Below, in pieces: positions 12,850-25,920 of a stretch of 64,000 nt of DNA; the first letter of the stretch is position 1, and each line of letters starts with the position of its first letter. This DNA is from Octopus vulgaris (Eukaryota). Location of the stretch: the NCBI GenBank assembly GCA_951406725.2, contig OX597829.1, positions 16,306,001-16,370,000 on the forward strand, read 5' to 3'. The notes under the pieces were generated by a model. That model saw only the letters and a program-made list of their open reading frames with translations. It was not told the origin of the DNA and ran no database searches. The position numbers and the translations under genes are program-made.

Positions 12850-12880
<31 letters not shown>

Positions 12881-13041
12881 AACATTCTACAAAGACACAC
12901 ACACACACACTCATATGTACACATATAGCATGGTGTCTTGGTATGCACGGATGAAAGTAAATCAGAACAATCGGGCTGAATGAATGTGAGCTGACAATCA
13001 TCTGACAAAATGATGCAATATCTGCGTAATATATATATATA

Positions 13042-13392
13042 CAAGCAAAACGCCCCCCGTCCAATGGACGGTGCTGAGTTGTCAAATATTTAAACCAAAT
13101 TTTCTCAAAACAACTTGTCCGACCGTTCCATAGGCCTCCCCTTTGAGAAACACTGATTTAACCTAAATTTGAGACACCAGCAAAAGAAGAAATAAAGATA
13201 GACAAATACACATTCGTACAGCTTTATCGATCGCATTCTCACCAGGAGTCAATTTTGGTAATTTTTTCAAGACTTATACTCGCCCTGATACTGTCGATAT
13301 CTACATATCAAATTTGAGCGCAATCGGATGGAGGATGCCCAAGATCCTAGAAGACACACACAGACAGACAGAACGGATTTTATATAATAGAT
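13042..13392 (-). mobile_element. Non-autonomous Helitron-like element
   Basis: Minus strand starts a|tctattatataa with (tctg)n and ends with hairpin ccgtcca/tggacgg near a CTAG-like end (cttg). Confidence 0.55.
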
Positions 13393-13629
13393 ATATATAT
13401 ATATAGCCCAAATAGAAAAAGAAACAGAATTTTTAATGACCACTTACTTTGGTTTTAACATCACTGAATGGAAAAGTCCCATGTGAAAAGCTGCATAATA
13501 TCTGTGGTCTTATACATTACAGGGGCACTTCATCATATATAAGCATGAAACAGTTCTTGGCAATTCGATAATGTCAACATGCACCTTCTGATGCAATCAC
13601 ATTGAAGTGTCACTCTAATATACATAAAA

Positions 13630-14001
13630 CTAGCACTATGACCTGGCGTTGCCAGGTCATAGTGCTAGTGCATATACGGCTCTGTGTGTGCACACATACA
13701 CGCGAGTACTGTCCAAATCTCCAACCAATCACATACAGCTAGCTGGCATTCAATTGGCGTATCAAATTTCGGGCATTTTGATTGGGTTTTGGATAGAAAA
13801 TTCTCAAAAAAATCACTTCTATTGATTTTTTTAATGGCTTTGCGGGGTGACTGGGGAAATGTAAAGATATGCACAACCACCCTTGGACGGTTTTGAATGA
13901 CCATAGAAAGTGCGAGCCCTCTAACTGAAAAATTGTGGATTTGTATAAAGGACATGCACACACAGACAGACAGACATTTTTGCCGTTTATATATATAGAG
14001 A
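13630..14001 (-). mobile_element. Non-autonomous Helitron
   Basis: Minus strand A|TC start (tctctatatatataaa) and CTAG|T end. Perfect 19-bp-stem terminal hairpin at 13629-13669. Confidence 0.8.
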
Positions 14002-14487
14002 TCACAAACTTCATTTCAAACTTTTGCATGCAACAGCATTAAAAACAGTGTGGTACAGAAACAATTGTAATTGGTCCTTAAATATGTATTAAACTCTTTG
14101 TCTTCCTGATTGAATTATATTTTACTTTTCGCTAGATCCACACATTGGATTTACCACTGTGGAACCTGAATTTTCTACAAGAGCGTAATTTTGATCTTCC
14201 TTGAGACTCCAATTCAAGAGTGAAGATAGCCTCGAATATCAGTTGTGTGTTGTACTGGAAATACTTTAATTTTCTAACAAGACAAACACACACACAGAAG
14301 GTGTTTGGGTTATATTTGATGATTTTTTAATGTCACCTTTTTTTCAAGAACAGCTCAATGTTTTGGTGAACAGTCAATACTGGTGGAGAGGGTAATGATT
14401 AAAGTTACATTGAGAAAAAGTTAGATGACATGAAGGATAGGAAGCCATTTGAATATTGGAAACGTGTTACCTATATTATGAGGATTC

Positions 14488-14957
14488 TTTTTTTCAATTC
14501 AATTTTTATTGGCTCAAAAAGCAAAAGCAAGGCCATGTAGGGGGACAGGGAGTTATGTACAGGGAGGGTGGTCATACAAAGAGTTCAGGCCATTTCTGGT
14601 CAAGAGAGACTTTGAACCGAACGGTCAACGGCATCTTCACTATCTCATCCGGCAGCTTATTCCACGGATCCGCAACCCAAACGGAGAAAGCCCCTCTCCT
14701 TCGATTGAGATGAAATGTTGTGAGCGAGAATGAGATCACCACAGCGTCGTCATTTTTCAAGAGAATAAAGGTCAAGCGTCTTCAGCCTTTCTTCATAAGA
14801 CAAATGCTTGAGACCAAGAACCATGCGGGTAACCAGCTTCTGGACTCTTTCAAGATGATGTATGTTTTTGAGGAGATAAGGAGAAGAGGCTTGAATCCCG
14901 TACTCCAATATGGGTCTCACCAGCATGACATAGAGCGGTAGGAATATGGCTGCTGTG
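14488..14957 (-). mobile_element. 5'-truncated CR1-clade LINE
   Basis: LYVMLVRPILEYGIQASSPY..LERVQK..LSYEERLKTLDLYSLE..GDLI..FSVWVADPWNKLP (CR1 RT C-terminus), a short 3' UTR, AATAAA and an A-rich end. Confidence 0.9.
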
Positions 14958-15055
14958 AGCATTCCGAATTCTTGCCAGCTATCAAAATGTTCACATCATG
15001 ACTATTGTTCAATGATCTATGAACATTGCACAGGCCATAAAATGTGACATGGACA

Positions 15056-15533
15056 TCATGAAAACCAGGTTCCCCCAAAGTGTGATGGTCTTTGGGGGTG
15101 TTTCCAGTGAAGGGTGACATCATGCCACTTCCATGTTTTTGTACAGGGCTTTCAATTCAATTCACACAGCTATGTGAAGCTGCTAGAGACTGTTGTCAAA
15201 TCCTGGTTGGAGAAGATTGCTTCTGGAAGGTCATATATGTGGCAACAGGATTTGGTTCCTTGCTATACGTCCAGAAAGAGTCAGAAGAGGTTATTGGAGA
15301 ATTTCTATGACTTCACTAACCCCAATTTCTGGCCTCTTAATTCTCCAAAATGTAATCCCATGGATTTCTTTGTCACAGCTGAGAAAGACATTAACTGCTC
15401 TATTTGCAACACCAAGGCTACAATGGTGGCCAAGGTCTATGAGGTAATTCCCAAGTACTCAGTGAGGAGCACATATCCAGGCTCCAGAGCTGCCTTGAGA
15501 CCATGGTTGAAGCTAAAAACGGCTACTTTGAGT
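15056..15533 (+). pseudogene. maT transposase remnant
   Basis: WQQD followed by 37 residues to NPMD (DD37D spacing, counted by hand). Frameshifted. Confidence 0.85.
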
Positions 15534-15699
15534 AAACTGTTATCTCCCAGCCATAATCTAGTTGATATTTTTTGATTCTTTAAAATACTTTTATTTTTGG
15601 ATGGGATGTGTTTTTTGTTTTCCTTTGTACAAACTGTCAAATTTAGCCCAAACACCCTGCATAGATGTATGTACACACACACACACACAAGAACAAACC

Positions 15700-16506
15700 A
15701 ATTCTCCAAAGTTCTTCATTGCATATCTGGAGACAGTCATCAGAAACATTGACTGAACAGGAGATGTGAACATCAATGGGAACAACTAACATACCTCTGA
15801 CTTGCAGATGACATTGTAATTATTACTGAAGCCACAGTTCAGCTGCTGACCATGAGAACAGAACTGGACAGCTATAGCTCAGCAGTAGGCCTTAAAATGA
15901 ACCACATATAAACCAAATATATGCTGTCCAAAAACATGGCTCAGGACCAAAAACAGATGGTAAGCAATGAAATCAAAAGGGTAAAGAAATATCTACTTGG
16001 GATACACAGTAAATTGTGTTAAGACAGGGATACTGGAATAATAAGGGGAATAAGGGCAGTATGTTCTCAAAGCAAAGCTGGAGATGACCATACGTGCCAG
16101 ACCTACATGTGCTCTTATATGCAAGTGAGACATGAACTGCTATGAAGAGGAAAGAGCGTCAGTTGGCTATGTCACAAAGGGTCACAGAAAGATCTATGCT
16201 AAGAATATAACTGTGAGAACATATCCAAACTGAGATGATCTGAGAAGCAAGGGGAACAAAGTGATTGCAGAATACTGAAAGCACAAGTTCATGTCACAAA
16301 GTTCATGACAACAGGTGGACATGTGCAGTTGCCAAGCGGTATCCAAAACATCAGAAAAGACAACTTGGAAGGTTTCCATGATGACGAGAAGACAGTTTAG
16401 TTAAATCATTTGGTACAAGATGGAAAAGACATGCAATCAAAAATAGGAAGAGCATTGTGACCAGCAATGTATAACAGCATTTGATAGCCTGGTCAAAATT
16501 GTGATA
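15700..16506 (+). mobile_element. Old RTE-clade LINE 3' fragment
   Basis: SPKFFIAYLETVIRNID..NING..LADDIVII..VGLKMN..TKYM (RT YADD region) with stops and frameshifts. Confidence 0.8.
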
Positions 16507-16629
16507 TGTGTATGTTTCTGCATGTATATATATATTATATATATATATATGACATTGTATCATATTTGGAATAATATTCCCTAATATTATTATTTTTATT
16601 ATTTTATATATATATATATATATATATAC

Positions 16630-16882
16630 TCTTTTGTTTCAGTCATTTCACTGTGGCCATGCTGGAGTACCACCTTTAGTCGAACAAATTGACCCCAGGA
16701 CTTTGTAAGCCTAGTACTTATTCTATTGGTCTCTTTTGCCAAACCACTAAGTTACGGGGACATAAACACACCAGCATCGGTTGTCAAGCAATGGTGGGGA
16801 GATGAAACACAGACACACAAACATATACACACACACACATATATATATATACATACATACATCATATATATATACATACATA

Positions 16883-16925
<43 letters not shown>

Positions 16926-17088
16926 TATATGCAACAGGCTTCTTTCAGTTTCCCTCTACAAAATCCACTCACAAGGCTTTTGTCGGCCCGAGGCTATAGT
17001 AGAAGACACTTGCCCAAAGTTCCACGCAGTGGGACTGAACCCGGAACCGTATGGTTGGGAAACAAGCTATTAACCACACAGCCACTCC
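16630..17088 (-). mobile_element. SINE family A, full length
   Basis: Reverse complement of 7726-8127. Confidence 0.9.
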
Positions 17089-18228
17089 TATATATATTAA
17101 GGAAGATTTCTTTTGTAATTGTGAAAATTTCATATTAAACTGAAGGATTTCTCAATACTTTTGGTAGAGTACAAATTATTTATTCTTCAATAAGAACAGC
17201 ACTGACATAGGTAGCCAAAACTTCAAAGTCACTATCAATACCATTCTCCATTAAAGAATAATAAATAAACACACACACGCCCTCTTTTTCCCTTCTCTCT
17301 TCTACAAATATAATATCCAAATATCATACCAGTTTCATTTCATTCTATGCCTTCAATCACTTTATTTTATTAATTTACATTGTTTTTTATTTATTTTATT
17401 TGCAAAACAAAAGTTCATTGATTACTAGATAATCAAATCCAATTTGACAGAAAACAAAACAAATAAACAAATATTTTCATTGCAAAGCTAAAAATGAAAT
17501 TATATAAATTAATAAATATATTATAAATAACCTTCAAAGAAGCGCAATTTAGCTTGATTATATTGATTGATATGACAATTTATGACTAATTATAAACCAC
17601 TTCCACTCCTCAGTTGAGGGATCTTGGTAACCTTACTGCTGTTGGGAGCCACAGAAAAAACACCCAGTACACTCTGTAGAGTGGCCAGTCTTAGGAAGGG
17701 CATCCAGCTGTAGAAACCACACCAAAGCAGACACTAGAGTTTGGTTTAATCTTCCGACTTCTCAGCTCCTGTCAAACCATCCAACCCATAGACAGGTGTT
17801 AAACGATGATAATTATGATGATCCAATTATATACATATATTTAATATAATTTTTCCAACTGGAGTAACCATGTATCTCCTTTACTGCAAAGACACTTATT
17901 TCAGTCCCTTTATTCATACTCTAATTTTCCCTACCTGGCTCAAAGTTACCTCTCTCGATACCTCACTCAGTCGAGATATCTTGTCTTGCAAGTTACTTAG
18001 CAACCTTTGCTGATGATGGTGCCTAGTGAAAAAAGTACCCCCAACGTTCTGGGAAGTGGTTGGCATAAGAAAGGGCATCTGACTGTAGAAACCATGCCAA
18101 AGTAGACAAGGGGAACTTAACACAGTCTTCTAACTTGCCAGCACCCCTCAAACAGTCCAACCCATGCCAGCATGGAAAATGGACATTCAATAATGATGAT
18201 AATGATGATACATTTATATACACATATA

Positions 18229-18283
<55 letters not shown>

Positions 18284-18461
18284 AACTATCTTTCAAACTG
18301 GGGTAGCCATGTGTCTCCTTTACTGCAAGACATATTTTTGTCCCATAATTCATATTCTGACCTCTGACCTCCCTTCAATACTACTCCCCCACCCCACTTC
18401 AGTTGAGGGGTCTTGTCTTGCAAGTTATTTTATGACCTTATCAGTGCTGGTATCACATTAA

Positions 18462-18692
18462 CCCTTTAGCATTTAATTCGGCCGTATCCAGCCCAAATAG
18501 TCTCCCTGTTTTTTGGGGTTTTTTTTGTTACAATTGACCTGATCCAACTTCTTACACCAACCTTACAATGCCATTCTAAAAATATATAAACACACTTTGA
18601 AATCTTGAAGCTACAAAATAACGCATGATTAATTCAAAACAATGTGAATTATTAGTCAATATATTTGACAAAGAGATCTGAATACCAAAGGG
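18462..18692. mobile_element. piggyBac-type MITE nested in an old family C copy
   Basis: TTAA|cccttt...aaaggg|TTAA. Removing it restores ggtatcacattaaaagcacccggtacac. Homologous to 23772-23992. Confidence 0.85.
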
Positions 18693-19084
18693 TTAAAAGC
18701 ACCCGGTACACTCTGTAAAATAGTTGGCATTAGGAAGCTGTAGAAACCATGCCAAAACTGACAGTAGAGCTTCGAGCAGTCTTCTGACTTGCCAGCTCCC
18801 ATCAAACAACAATAAATGACGATGATGATGATATTCAGTTGTTCTCTTCTCTCCTTTGTATTCCATCATTTATAAACCGTAATCAAACTTCCAGCGAATC
18901 ATGCTTAGTTCGTGCCTTTCTAGCTTTCACAAATCATCCACAATTAAGGACTGGGTCTCATGAGTAATACAGCATAGGTTCCATAAGATAACCCCTTCAC
19001 ACTAACAGAAAAATCCCTTTGTTATCATCAGCAAAGTTAATACTTCCCAGAACTTTCTGAAAATAGTTGTTAAACTAACGTCTA

Positions 19085-19645
19085 TAAATAGACAGGTAGG
19101 TGAATAGAGAGATAGATATATAGAAAGACAGAGAGACACAGGTATAGAGAAAGAAAGAGACAGACAGACAGACAGAGGGATAAATATATAGATAAAAAGA
19201 TACATAAAAACACACACACACACAAGCAAAAGAGCAGATACACAGAACAAATAAACAAGAGGTAGATAAATAGACAGACAGATAGATAGACAAATAAATA
19301 GACAGAGAGATAAATAGATAGACAGTCAAGATGGACAGATAGATGGATAGACAGCTAAATAGATACACAGACAGGCAGACTGAAAACAGATAAATGGATT
19401 GACAGATAGGCAAACAGACACGAGACTAATAAATAGATAGATAAATAGATAGGCAGATAGGTAAACAGACTGACAGGCATAGATATATATACAAATGTAG
19501 ATACATGATAACACAGACAGATAAACAAACAGGCTCGGACAGACAGACAGACAGACAGACAGATAGATAGAAAGATATAGATACACAAATATATACATAA
19601 ATGAATGAATAAATCAATAAAGATGGATAGATAGACAGATAGACG

Positions 19646-19721
<76 letters not shown>

Positions 19722-19744
19722 CGTAAATGGATATATAGATAGAT

Positions 19745-19781
<37 letters not shown>

Positions 19782-20200
19782 TGTAAATGGATATATAGAT
19801 AGATATATAGATAGACATAAATGGATTGATGGATATATAGACAGACAGGCAGACAAACAGACAGACAAACATGGATAGACAGATAGCTAGATAGATAGAT
19901 AGAAGTACATGGATAGACAGATAGATAAATAGAAAGCTAGATAGACAGAAAGTTAAATAGACAGATATACAGACAGACAGACAGACAGATAGATAGATAA
20001 AGAGATAGATAGATAAAGAGACAGACAGACTGACAGACAGACAGCTAGATAGATAGATAAAGAGATAGATAGAAAGAGAAAGATACACAGATAAAGAGAT
20101 AGATAGATAGACAGTTAGATAAATAGATGGAATGATAGAAAATAAGTGCAGGTAGATAGAGAGGTAGATGGAGAGCGAGACATCGATGGACAGAGTCAGA
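19085..20200. repeat. Degenerate (GATA)n/(GACA)n field
   Basis: Direct reading of the sequence. Confidence 0.9.
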
Positions 20201-20636
20201 GATGTACTTTAGACATAGCACTATATTGAACGATAATACAGATCGATGTTTAAGCATTCACATACTCATACATAAAGTTTCTACCTAATTATATATGTAC
20301 GGTGAGTGGGTTGGTCATACATATATATAATTGTATGTGTAAGAATGTGTGTATGTGTGTGCAATAGATACAACTGTCGGCTTTATATGGTGAGATCTAT
20401 AATAAAGATGTAATTTTCTTTATACATATTTTTTGCTGTCTGTCAAATACACCGAATTTCTTGAGATTCTGTCAAAGGATATTTGGATTTACCTATTTTA
20501 CCTGGGATCTGTATTCTACTTACATTTACTGGTGTCAGATTGTTGAACATTTGTATCCAAATTTTTTTAATACTCAGTGCTTTAGAATATATATATATGT
20601 ATATATATTGAATTGTCATATTGGTTCTATTTTAAC

Positions 20637-20713
20637 AAAACTGTCCGACAAACAGGAATGTGAAACTCCAAGTAATGACGAACGGGAACGTGAAACTCCG
20701 AGTAATAGCTTTT
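20637..20713 (+). ncRNA. Tandem partially duplicated minimal hammerhead-like motif
   Basis: ctgt-CCGACAA-aca ggaa tgt-GAAACTCCAAGTA then aTGACGA-acg ggaa cgt-GAAACTCCGAGTA-atag. Stem II covaries between units (aca/tgt vs acg/cgt). Confidence 0.5.
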
Positions 20714-20929
20714 GTTGAATTTCTGCTGCTTTTAAATAAAGCATATTACTCTACCTCTGGTATTTGAGTACTCTTTTTTCCACCTTGTTTCACATTTATG
20801 TGTTTACTCCGGTATATATATATATGTATAGCTTACATCATTGTACATACAATTCGATTCGATTTTCTCTATTTTTCTAATTTTTTTCTACTGATACCAT
20901 TTACTAACATTATTATTAAAACTGGAAAC

Positions 20930-21720
20930 TCACAAAATCATTAGCATGCTGGGCACATTGGTTAATGACATTTCTTCCAGCTCTTTACATTCTAAGTTCA
21001 AATTTCATCCTTTTGTGGTTGATAAATAAGTACCAGCTGAGCACTGGGTATTGATGCAATTCACTAGCCACCCTACCCCAAAATGTCAGAAGTTGAGTCT
21101 ATAGTAGAAAGGATTATTATTATTATTATTATTATTATTATGGCAACAAGGGGCAGAATTGTTAGCATGCTGGTCAAAATGCTAAGCAGTATTTCATCAG
21201 TCAATGTTCTGAGTTCAAATTCTGCTAAGGTCAACGTTGCCTCTTATCCTTTCAGGTTCGATAAAATAGGTAAGTGAAACACTGGGGGTAGATATAATCG
21301 ACTAGCCCTCTCCCCAAAATATTTCAAGCCTTGTGCCTTTAGTTAAAAGGATTATTATTATCCTTTCGGGTCAATAAAAAAAATACTAGTTGACTGAGGT
21401 TTATATAATCAACTTTACCTCTACCCAGAAATTGCTTGGCCTTGTCCAAAATTTGAAACCATTATTATTATCATCATCATCCTCAATAAGGCAGTGAGCT
21501 GGCAGAACTGTTAGCATTCTGGACTCATTGCCTAACAGCAATTTTCCAAGGCTCTTTACATTCCGAGTTCAAATTCTGTTGAGATCAACTAAGCTTTTCA
21601 TCCATCTGGGGTGATTGAAATGTGTACCAAACGAGCACTAAGCTTGATATAATTGATTTCCACCCACCACCTACTTCTCAAAATTGCTGGCCTTGCACCA
21701 AAGTTAGAAAGGGGTATTAC
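20930..21720 (+). mobile_element. Head-to-tail cluster of decayed SINE B-related copies with (ATT)n tails
   Basis: Four or more ttctgagttcaaattc / aagtaccag...actgggg units. Confidence 0.7.
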
Positions 21721-22201
21721 TATACTATCTAACAATTGGGGAAATCATTATTTAATCAAAATACATTCGAGAGACATTCTCTTTGAATTAGAATAATTGT
21801 TAGGCTATATTTAATTAGCAATATCTCTGAACTGTCCTATATAACTATCTTTACACCCCTTAGTGTAATTAAAGATATATCTTATCAGGCAATGTATATA
21901 TATATGTACATACATATGTATATATTATATTATATATATGTGTGTGTGTATAACAGAATAAGTACTCTTGAGAAATTAAACACTATTTTCTTTATCAGGT
22001 CTACGATTAAGTTTAAGTTTTATTTGTTTCATGGCAGTAATTGTTATTCCAATTCTTTCTATTTTGAGTTTAAATCCTGCTGATATCAACTTTACTTTTT
22101 CATCTTTTTAGGGCTGGTAAAATAAGTACCAGTCATGTACTGGGATTCTATGTAATTTGAAACCATTATTGACAAACATTGACAAACTTCTTTGTGGTAT
22201 A

Positions 22202-22235
<34 letters not shown>

Positions 22236-22387
22236 GTTTTATGTCCTGAATTGAAATTCCACAGAAGTAGACTTTGCCTTACTTTCAGGGTCAATAAAAT
22301 AAGTACCAGTTGAATACTGGGGTTGATGCAATCGTTTATCTCTCTCTCCCACAAAGTTTCAGGCCTTGGCCCTATAGTAGAAAGGAT

Positions 22388-23000
22388 TATTACATCCGCC
22401 TTAGAGAAGCTGGAGGTATTGTTTACAGCAGTGTTTGTTTGTTTGTCCATGGACAAGATATCTCAAGAACTGCAGGATGGATTTGAATGAAACTTCCAGG
22501 CAATCTGGCAGAAACGTTAGCACATGGGCAAAATGCTTAGTGGTATTTCGTCTGCTGTTATGTTCTGAGTTCAAATTCCGCCGAGGTCGACTTTGTCTTT
22601 CATCCTTTTGGGGGTCAATAAATTAAGTACTAGTTATACACTGGGGTCGATGTAATTGACTTAATCCCTTTGTCTGTCCTTGTTTGTCCCCCCCCCTATT
22701 TTTAACCCCTTGTGGGCAATAAAAAAATAAGAAACTTCCAAGGATGTTTGGCCTCGCGACTGAGACAAACTCATTAGATTTTGGGATCAATCCCATACCA
22801 GACAAGGATTCTGGATTATTTTTCCAGCTTTTTTTTACTTAATTTTTGAGAGCAGTCAGGTCCATTTTTAGTGTTCTCATTTATAATAGCAGTCGAGTTT
22901 ATTTTAGATATTCTCACTTAAAAAATCATCTTTGGCTAATTGTTGAGAGGACATTGGTGTTGCCTTGGCAGAGGCTTGTGCTCTTTGAGTTCTCTTGTTC
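22388..23000 (+). mobile_element. Helentron-associated (HINE/DINE-1-like) element interrupted by SINE B
   Basis: Subterminal IR acatccgcc / ggcagagg, (gttt)n near the 5' end and a short 3' hairpin in T-rich flank. Confidence 0.6.
22499..22730 (+). mobile_element. SINE family B with TSD
   Basis: 10-bp direct repeat gaaacttcca at 22489 and 22731. Confidence 0.9.
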
Positions 23001-23771
23001 TTATTGTTATTATTAAGGAAGCAAGCCGACAAAATCATTTGCATGCTGGATAAAATGTACAGTGACATTTATACCAGATTTACATTCTGTGTTCAAATTC
23101 TGCCAAAGTCAACATCACCTTTCAACCTTCCGGGATCAATAAAATAAAGTACCAGTTGGGCACTAGAGTCGATACATTTAACTAATCAACTATCCATTGA
23201 ATTGTTGGCCTTGTGCCTAAATCACAAATATCATCATTTGAACACCAACATTTTCATGTTCAATTGGGCAAAATTTGTCGAGGCAGCTTTTCTTTAGCTA
23301 TGGTGAAAGAGGATTTTATGGTGATCAAGACTGAATGTATTGAAGAAAGACACTTTCCTTTTTGGTCAAGCCCTCATCAGCATTTTAAAGTTCCACTTGG
23401 AAAGTAAAGCAAGGATGGAGAGGTAATTTAACCTCCCAGTTAAATTGTAAAAAGATGAGTGACTGTGGCAAAAATGTTTAGGGTAAATGACCCAACTATA
23501 AGCATGAGCCTCTAAATTGAAAAAACATCGATTGGGCAAGGGTTTGTACAATTGGTGGTCAGGGTAATCCTGGATCTGTAGGATTCGTTGGCCCTAATTG
23601 GAGTTTCTCCTGCATCAATCAGGTTACATTTTGTAAATTATGTATACTTTTATCTTAATTCACTGTCATTCCCCCTTTCCTTTGCTCCATCTTTTAAGTA
23701 AACCCCAGCGCAAATTGTTAACTGTCCTTCCCTATACCCACCAGCGACTGATAAATGAAATCATTATTTAA

Positions 23772-23992
23772 CCCTTTGGTGTTTAAGCCGGCCATATCCG
23801 GCCCAAATATCATACATGTTTTACATTTAAACTGGCCATATCTAGCCTCTTACACCTAACCTACACTGACATTCTAAGAATAAACTATCACACCATTGAA
23901 ACTTCAAAGTTGTAAGATAATGTATGATTAATTCAAAACAATTCGATTGATAAAAGTATTACATTCAACAGAGTAATCTGAACACTAAAGGG
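23772..23992. mobile_element. piggyBac-type MITE
   Basis: TTAA flanks and TIR ccctttggtgtt / aacactaaaggg. Confidence 0.85.
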
Positions 23993-24442
23993 TTAATAAT
24001 GGCACAATCGTTAGTACGTTTGACTGAATGCTTAGCAGCATTTCTCCCAACTTCACATCCTAGGTTCAAATTCTGCCAAGGTCAACTTGCCTGTCATCTT
24101 TCAAGGGTCAATGAAATAAGTACCAATCAAGTACTAGGGTTGATGTAATCAACTAACCTCTTACCCCAAAGAATTATTATTATTCGTTAGTAAAGTGGTT
24201 GATGTCAGGAAGGGTATCCAGCCATAGAAACCATAGCTCCAATCAGACTGGAGCTTGGCACAGCTCTCTGGCTTGCCAGCTCTGCTAAAAGAGTCTAACC
24301 CATTCCAACATGGAAAACAGATGTTAAATGATGATTTATATATATATATATCGTCATCATCATAGTTTAACGTCCATTTTCCATGCTAGCATGGGTTGGA
24401 CATTTGACCGGGGACTGGGAAGCCAGAGGGCTGCACCAGGCT

Positions 24443-24489
<47 letters not shown>

Positions 24490-24491
<2 letters not shown>

Positions 24492-25032
24492 TGTGAGGCC
24501 ATAATCCCGTGGCCTACACCTGGGATGTAGCCAGCCTACTTATGCATTCCTTTCCTTCTTGGGACACAAAACTCCACTTGTGAAGACCTGTTGAGGCAAG
24601 TGAAGATCAAAATCAAAATCGTAATCTATCAACATCAATGGAATTTGTAGCTGTGATACCAGTTCCGGTGGCACGTAAGAGAACTATCCGAACGTGGCCG
24701 TAGCCAGCGCCGCCCGACTGGCCTCCGTGCCGGTGGCATGTAAAAAGCACCATCCAACCATGGCTGTTGCCAGCTTCGTCTGGTCCCCATGCCGGTGGAA
24801 CGTAAAAAGCACCATCCGATCGTGGCCGTCTGCCAGCCTCGCCTGGCACCTGTGCCAGTGGCACGTAAAAAGCACCCACTACATGGAGTGGTTGGCATTA
24901 GGAAGGGCATCCAGCTGTAGAAACACTGCCAGATCAGACTGGGCCTGCTGCAGCCTTCTGGCTTCCCAGACCCCAGTTGAACCGTCCAACCCATGCCAGC
25001 ATGGAAAGTGGATGTTAAATGATGATGATGAT
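24490..25032 (+). mobile_element. RTE LINE 3' UTR copy (family C, second subfamily)
   Basis: Three to four minisatellite units, conserved 3' block and (gat)n tail. The 5' part is shared with 50935-51623. Confidence 0.8.
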
Positions 25033-25557
25033 GTGTGTGTGTGTGTGTATAAAAGTACATGGCCTAGTGTTTAGGGCTGGCACTCATAAATGAAAGTGGT
25101 TTTGGTGCCAATACTGATGGTGACATGTTCTTGTGCAAAGCACTTCATTTCACATTGCTCCAGTTCATTCAGCATCAAATGGATAGGTAATCCTATGATA
25201 GAATGGTGTTCCCTTCAGAGGGAATGCTGGTCCTCCCACCTAGCCAGCTGAGTTGCATCATCCGAAAGCTAAATAGTAGAAACCACATCATAATCACAGA
25301 GGGGTATAAACACATCTGACAGTCTGATGAATATGGTGATTATATATGTATACACACACATTTAGCTTAGTTTTTCCTTGGGGCTGGCCAGATTGGAGCA
25401 ATCTCAAGATTAATCAGCCAAAATTGCAAGGATGATCCAGTTCTTGACTGAAGATTAACGGCTTCGAATGACCCATCTGTGTTTTTTTGTATCGTACATT
25501 TGGATGTTTTGCGTTCTTGTCCCAATTGTAATTTTTATATGTATATGTGTGTATATA

Positions 25558-25594
<37 letters not shown>

Positions 25595-25920
25595 GGAGCA
25601 CTCTGCCGGTTACGATGACAAGGGTCCCAGCTGATATGATCAACGGAACAGCCTGCTCATGATATTAACATGCAAGTGACTGAGCAATCCACAGACACAC
25701 ATACCCCTAACGTAGTTCTCTGGGGGTGGATTCAGCGTGACACAGAGTGTGACAAGGCCATCCCTTTGAAATACAGGTACAACTCACTTTTGCCAGCTGA
25801 GTGGACTGGAGCAATGTGAAATAAAGTGTCTTGCTCAAGGACACAATGCTTCGCTGGAAATCAAACTCTCGACCTTACAATCATGAGTTGAATGCCCTAA
25901 CCACTAAGCCACACGCCTTC
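25595..25920 (-). mobile_element. tRNA-headed SINE sharing head and core with family E but with a different tail
   Basis: Head ggcgtgtggcttagtggttagggc and core ccttgagcaagacactttatttcacattgctccag. Confidence 0.75.

Larger units (their letters stand above)
14297..15659 (+). mobile_element. Decayed maT (DD37D) transposon with both ends
   Basis: TIRs ggtgtttgggttatatttga / tcaaatttagcccaaacaccctg. Interrupted by a CR1 fragment. Confidence 0.85.

Noticed and set aside
18997-19056. Terminal coding exon KVLGSINFADDNKGIFLLV*
   Set aside because: Too short, no recognisable homology and no upstream coding exon. Retained only as a candidate splice acceptor.
25440-25480. CTGAAGA..CGAATGAC motif in a repeat also at ~38860 and ~59090
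   Set aside because: GAAT replaces GAAA and no stem I partner was found. Kept only as an unclassified repeat.
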